Shown: piece after piece, positions 62,850 through 64,000 of the stretch | Position numbering within the stretch: position 1 is the first letter of the stretch | How the letters are laid out: each line of letters begins with the position of its first letter | Origin: Octopus vulgaris | Taxonomy: Eukaryota | NCBI GenBank assembly: GCA_951406725.2 | Contig: OX597818.1 | Coordinates: 20,026,001 to 20,090,000, forward strand | DNA: 64,000 nt | Direction: 5' to 3' | Program-made: the position numbers and the translations under genes | Notes under the pieces: generated by a model | The model's input: the letters and a program-made list of their open reading frames with translations, nothing else | The model's database searches: none | Told to the model about the DNA's origin: nothing

Positions 62850-63930
62850 TACAGAAGCTTTTTACCAAGCATTGACTAGAGTGGAAGTCTTCTGTACCTT
62901 TTTTTGGAACTGCTAAATTGAATATTGCAGACTTGAGGCTTTAGTCTTTAATATTATTAGTAGTTTTGGGCCTTGTATGTTTACCTTAAGATTATCCTTT
63001 TATATCACTGTGGGGATTTCATTCCAATAGCTTCATTGGTATAATCCCTTGCAGGCTACACAAAACTTGATCCATTGGCTAGATTGTTGACCTAACTTGT
63101 GTAGCATGATCTCATTGCTGACATGCTGGTGACAACCTAATTGAGCAGGTGATTTGTCCTAAGTTAGTAGTGCTTTCACTTCATCAGCAAGAAGTTTGAG
63201 GGCAGCTTCCTGGTATTTATGTTCTGCAGAAATGAGATGCAGTTAAAATCAGTCAGTAAAGACATAGTAATGCACTAGGTGTTATTGCTTTATGTCTTTC
63301 AAAACTAACAGATGTGCTGACCTCTCAATCACTAAATTCAGATGGTGTAAACCTCTGTAGTCATGCAACACAATGTAGAGAAAAGTGCAGAAGCTGCATT
63401 CTTAAAAGCTTGGGTATTCTGGAGTAGTCTACTCCAATATAAGTCATATCCCCTTTATACACTTGGGAAATAAGGAGCATTTCACACTTTAAGTTATTTA
63501 GCCTCTTCTTGAATTATTCCATTTCCTTGGTTGGTGTGCTACATGTTTCACGATAAGTAATTTTATTACTCATTCCAAGTAGTTTCTAAATTACCATAAT
63601 CATCTGTAACTAGCTTTGAAATTCTTCAAGTCCATATTTGTAGCTAGCTTGGCAGCAGCACTTTCATTTTTTATTCAATTGTATTACAACTAGATCGTTG
63701 ATGGACAAAGTTTTGTATCTTTTGTAACTTTCATATGCTTCCTTGCACCAACAGATAATGATTTAGAATTTGCATCAACATCATATACAAAATAATACAG
63801 TAAATTTCTCCTTTGCTTTTCTCGTATCCGAAACTATTTGCATTTTTCAACATCATTTCTTCAAAAAGTGCTGCAAGTGAAGAACCAGCCTTTAACTTCC
63901 TTGTAAGCTTCAATTTCTTGTCCATAAATA
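62850..63930 (-). mobile_element. Heavily decayed Tigger/pogo (CENP-B-like) transposase
   Basis: Minus-strand remnants: N-terminal MDKKLKL..KLKAGSS (psq-like HTH), NFKASYR*LW*FR (Tc5 HTH FKAS.GWL..F), KALLT*DKSPAQ (LLLDN.P.H) and I*PMDQ (IQPMDQ). Confidence 0.72.
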
Positions 63931-64000
63931 CAGTTATATATTCTTTATATTATTACTGTCCCTTGAAGCTATGGTATAAAATATAAGGCTGAAAGAATCC

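Overview
AT-rich, repeat-dense animal genomic DNA. The SINE, RTE, Penelope and mariner content looks like an octopus or other cephalopod (inference). Two host genes sit head-to-head. The first is a complete 5-exon FAM177A1 orthologue on the - strand (ATG 47625, stop 10960, 159 aa assembled by hand from GT-AG junctions). The second is the first coding exon of a probable TBCD (tubulin-folding cofactor D) on the + strand at 61300-61477. The rest is mostly transposon-derived: tRNA-derived SINEs (several with intact TSDs), RTE LINE fragments, mariner/Tc1/Tigger fossils, hAT- and piggyBac-type MITEs, a decayed Helitron, a non-autonomous Helitron, a foldback element with internal TTAGGG repeats, and Penelope-like elements with inverted pLTRs. 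The most notable signal is a set of minimal hammerhead-ribozyme folds in three unrelated repeats, two clearly and one probably Penelope-type. Each uses a different base pair at core positions 3-8: canonical C3-G8, U3-A8 and G3-C8. Most ORFs in the supplied track are microsatellite or repeat artefacts.
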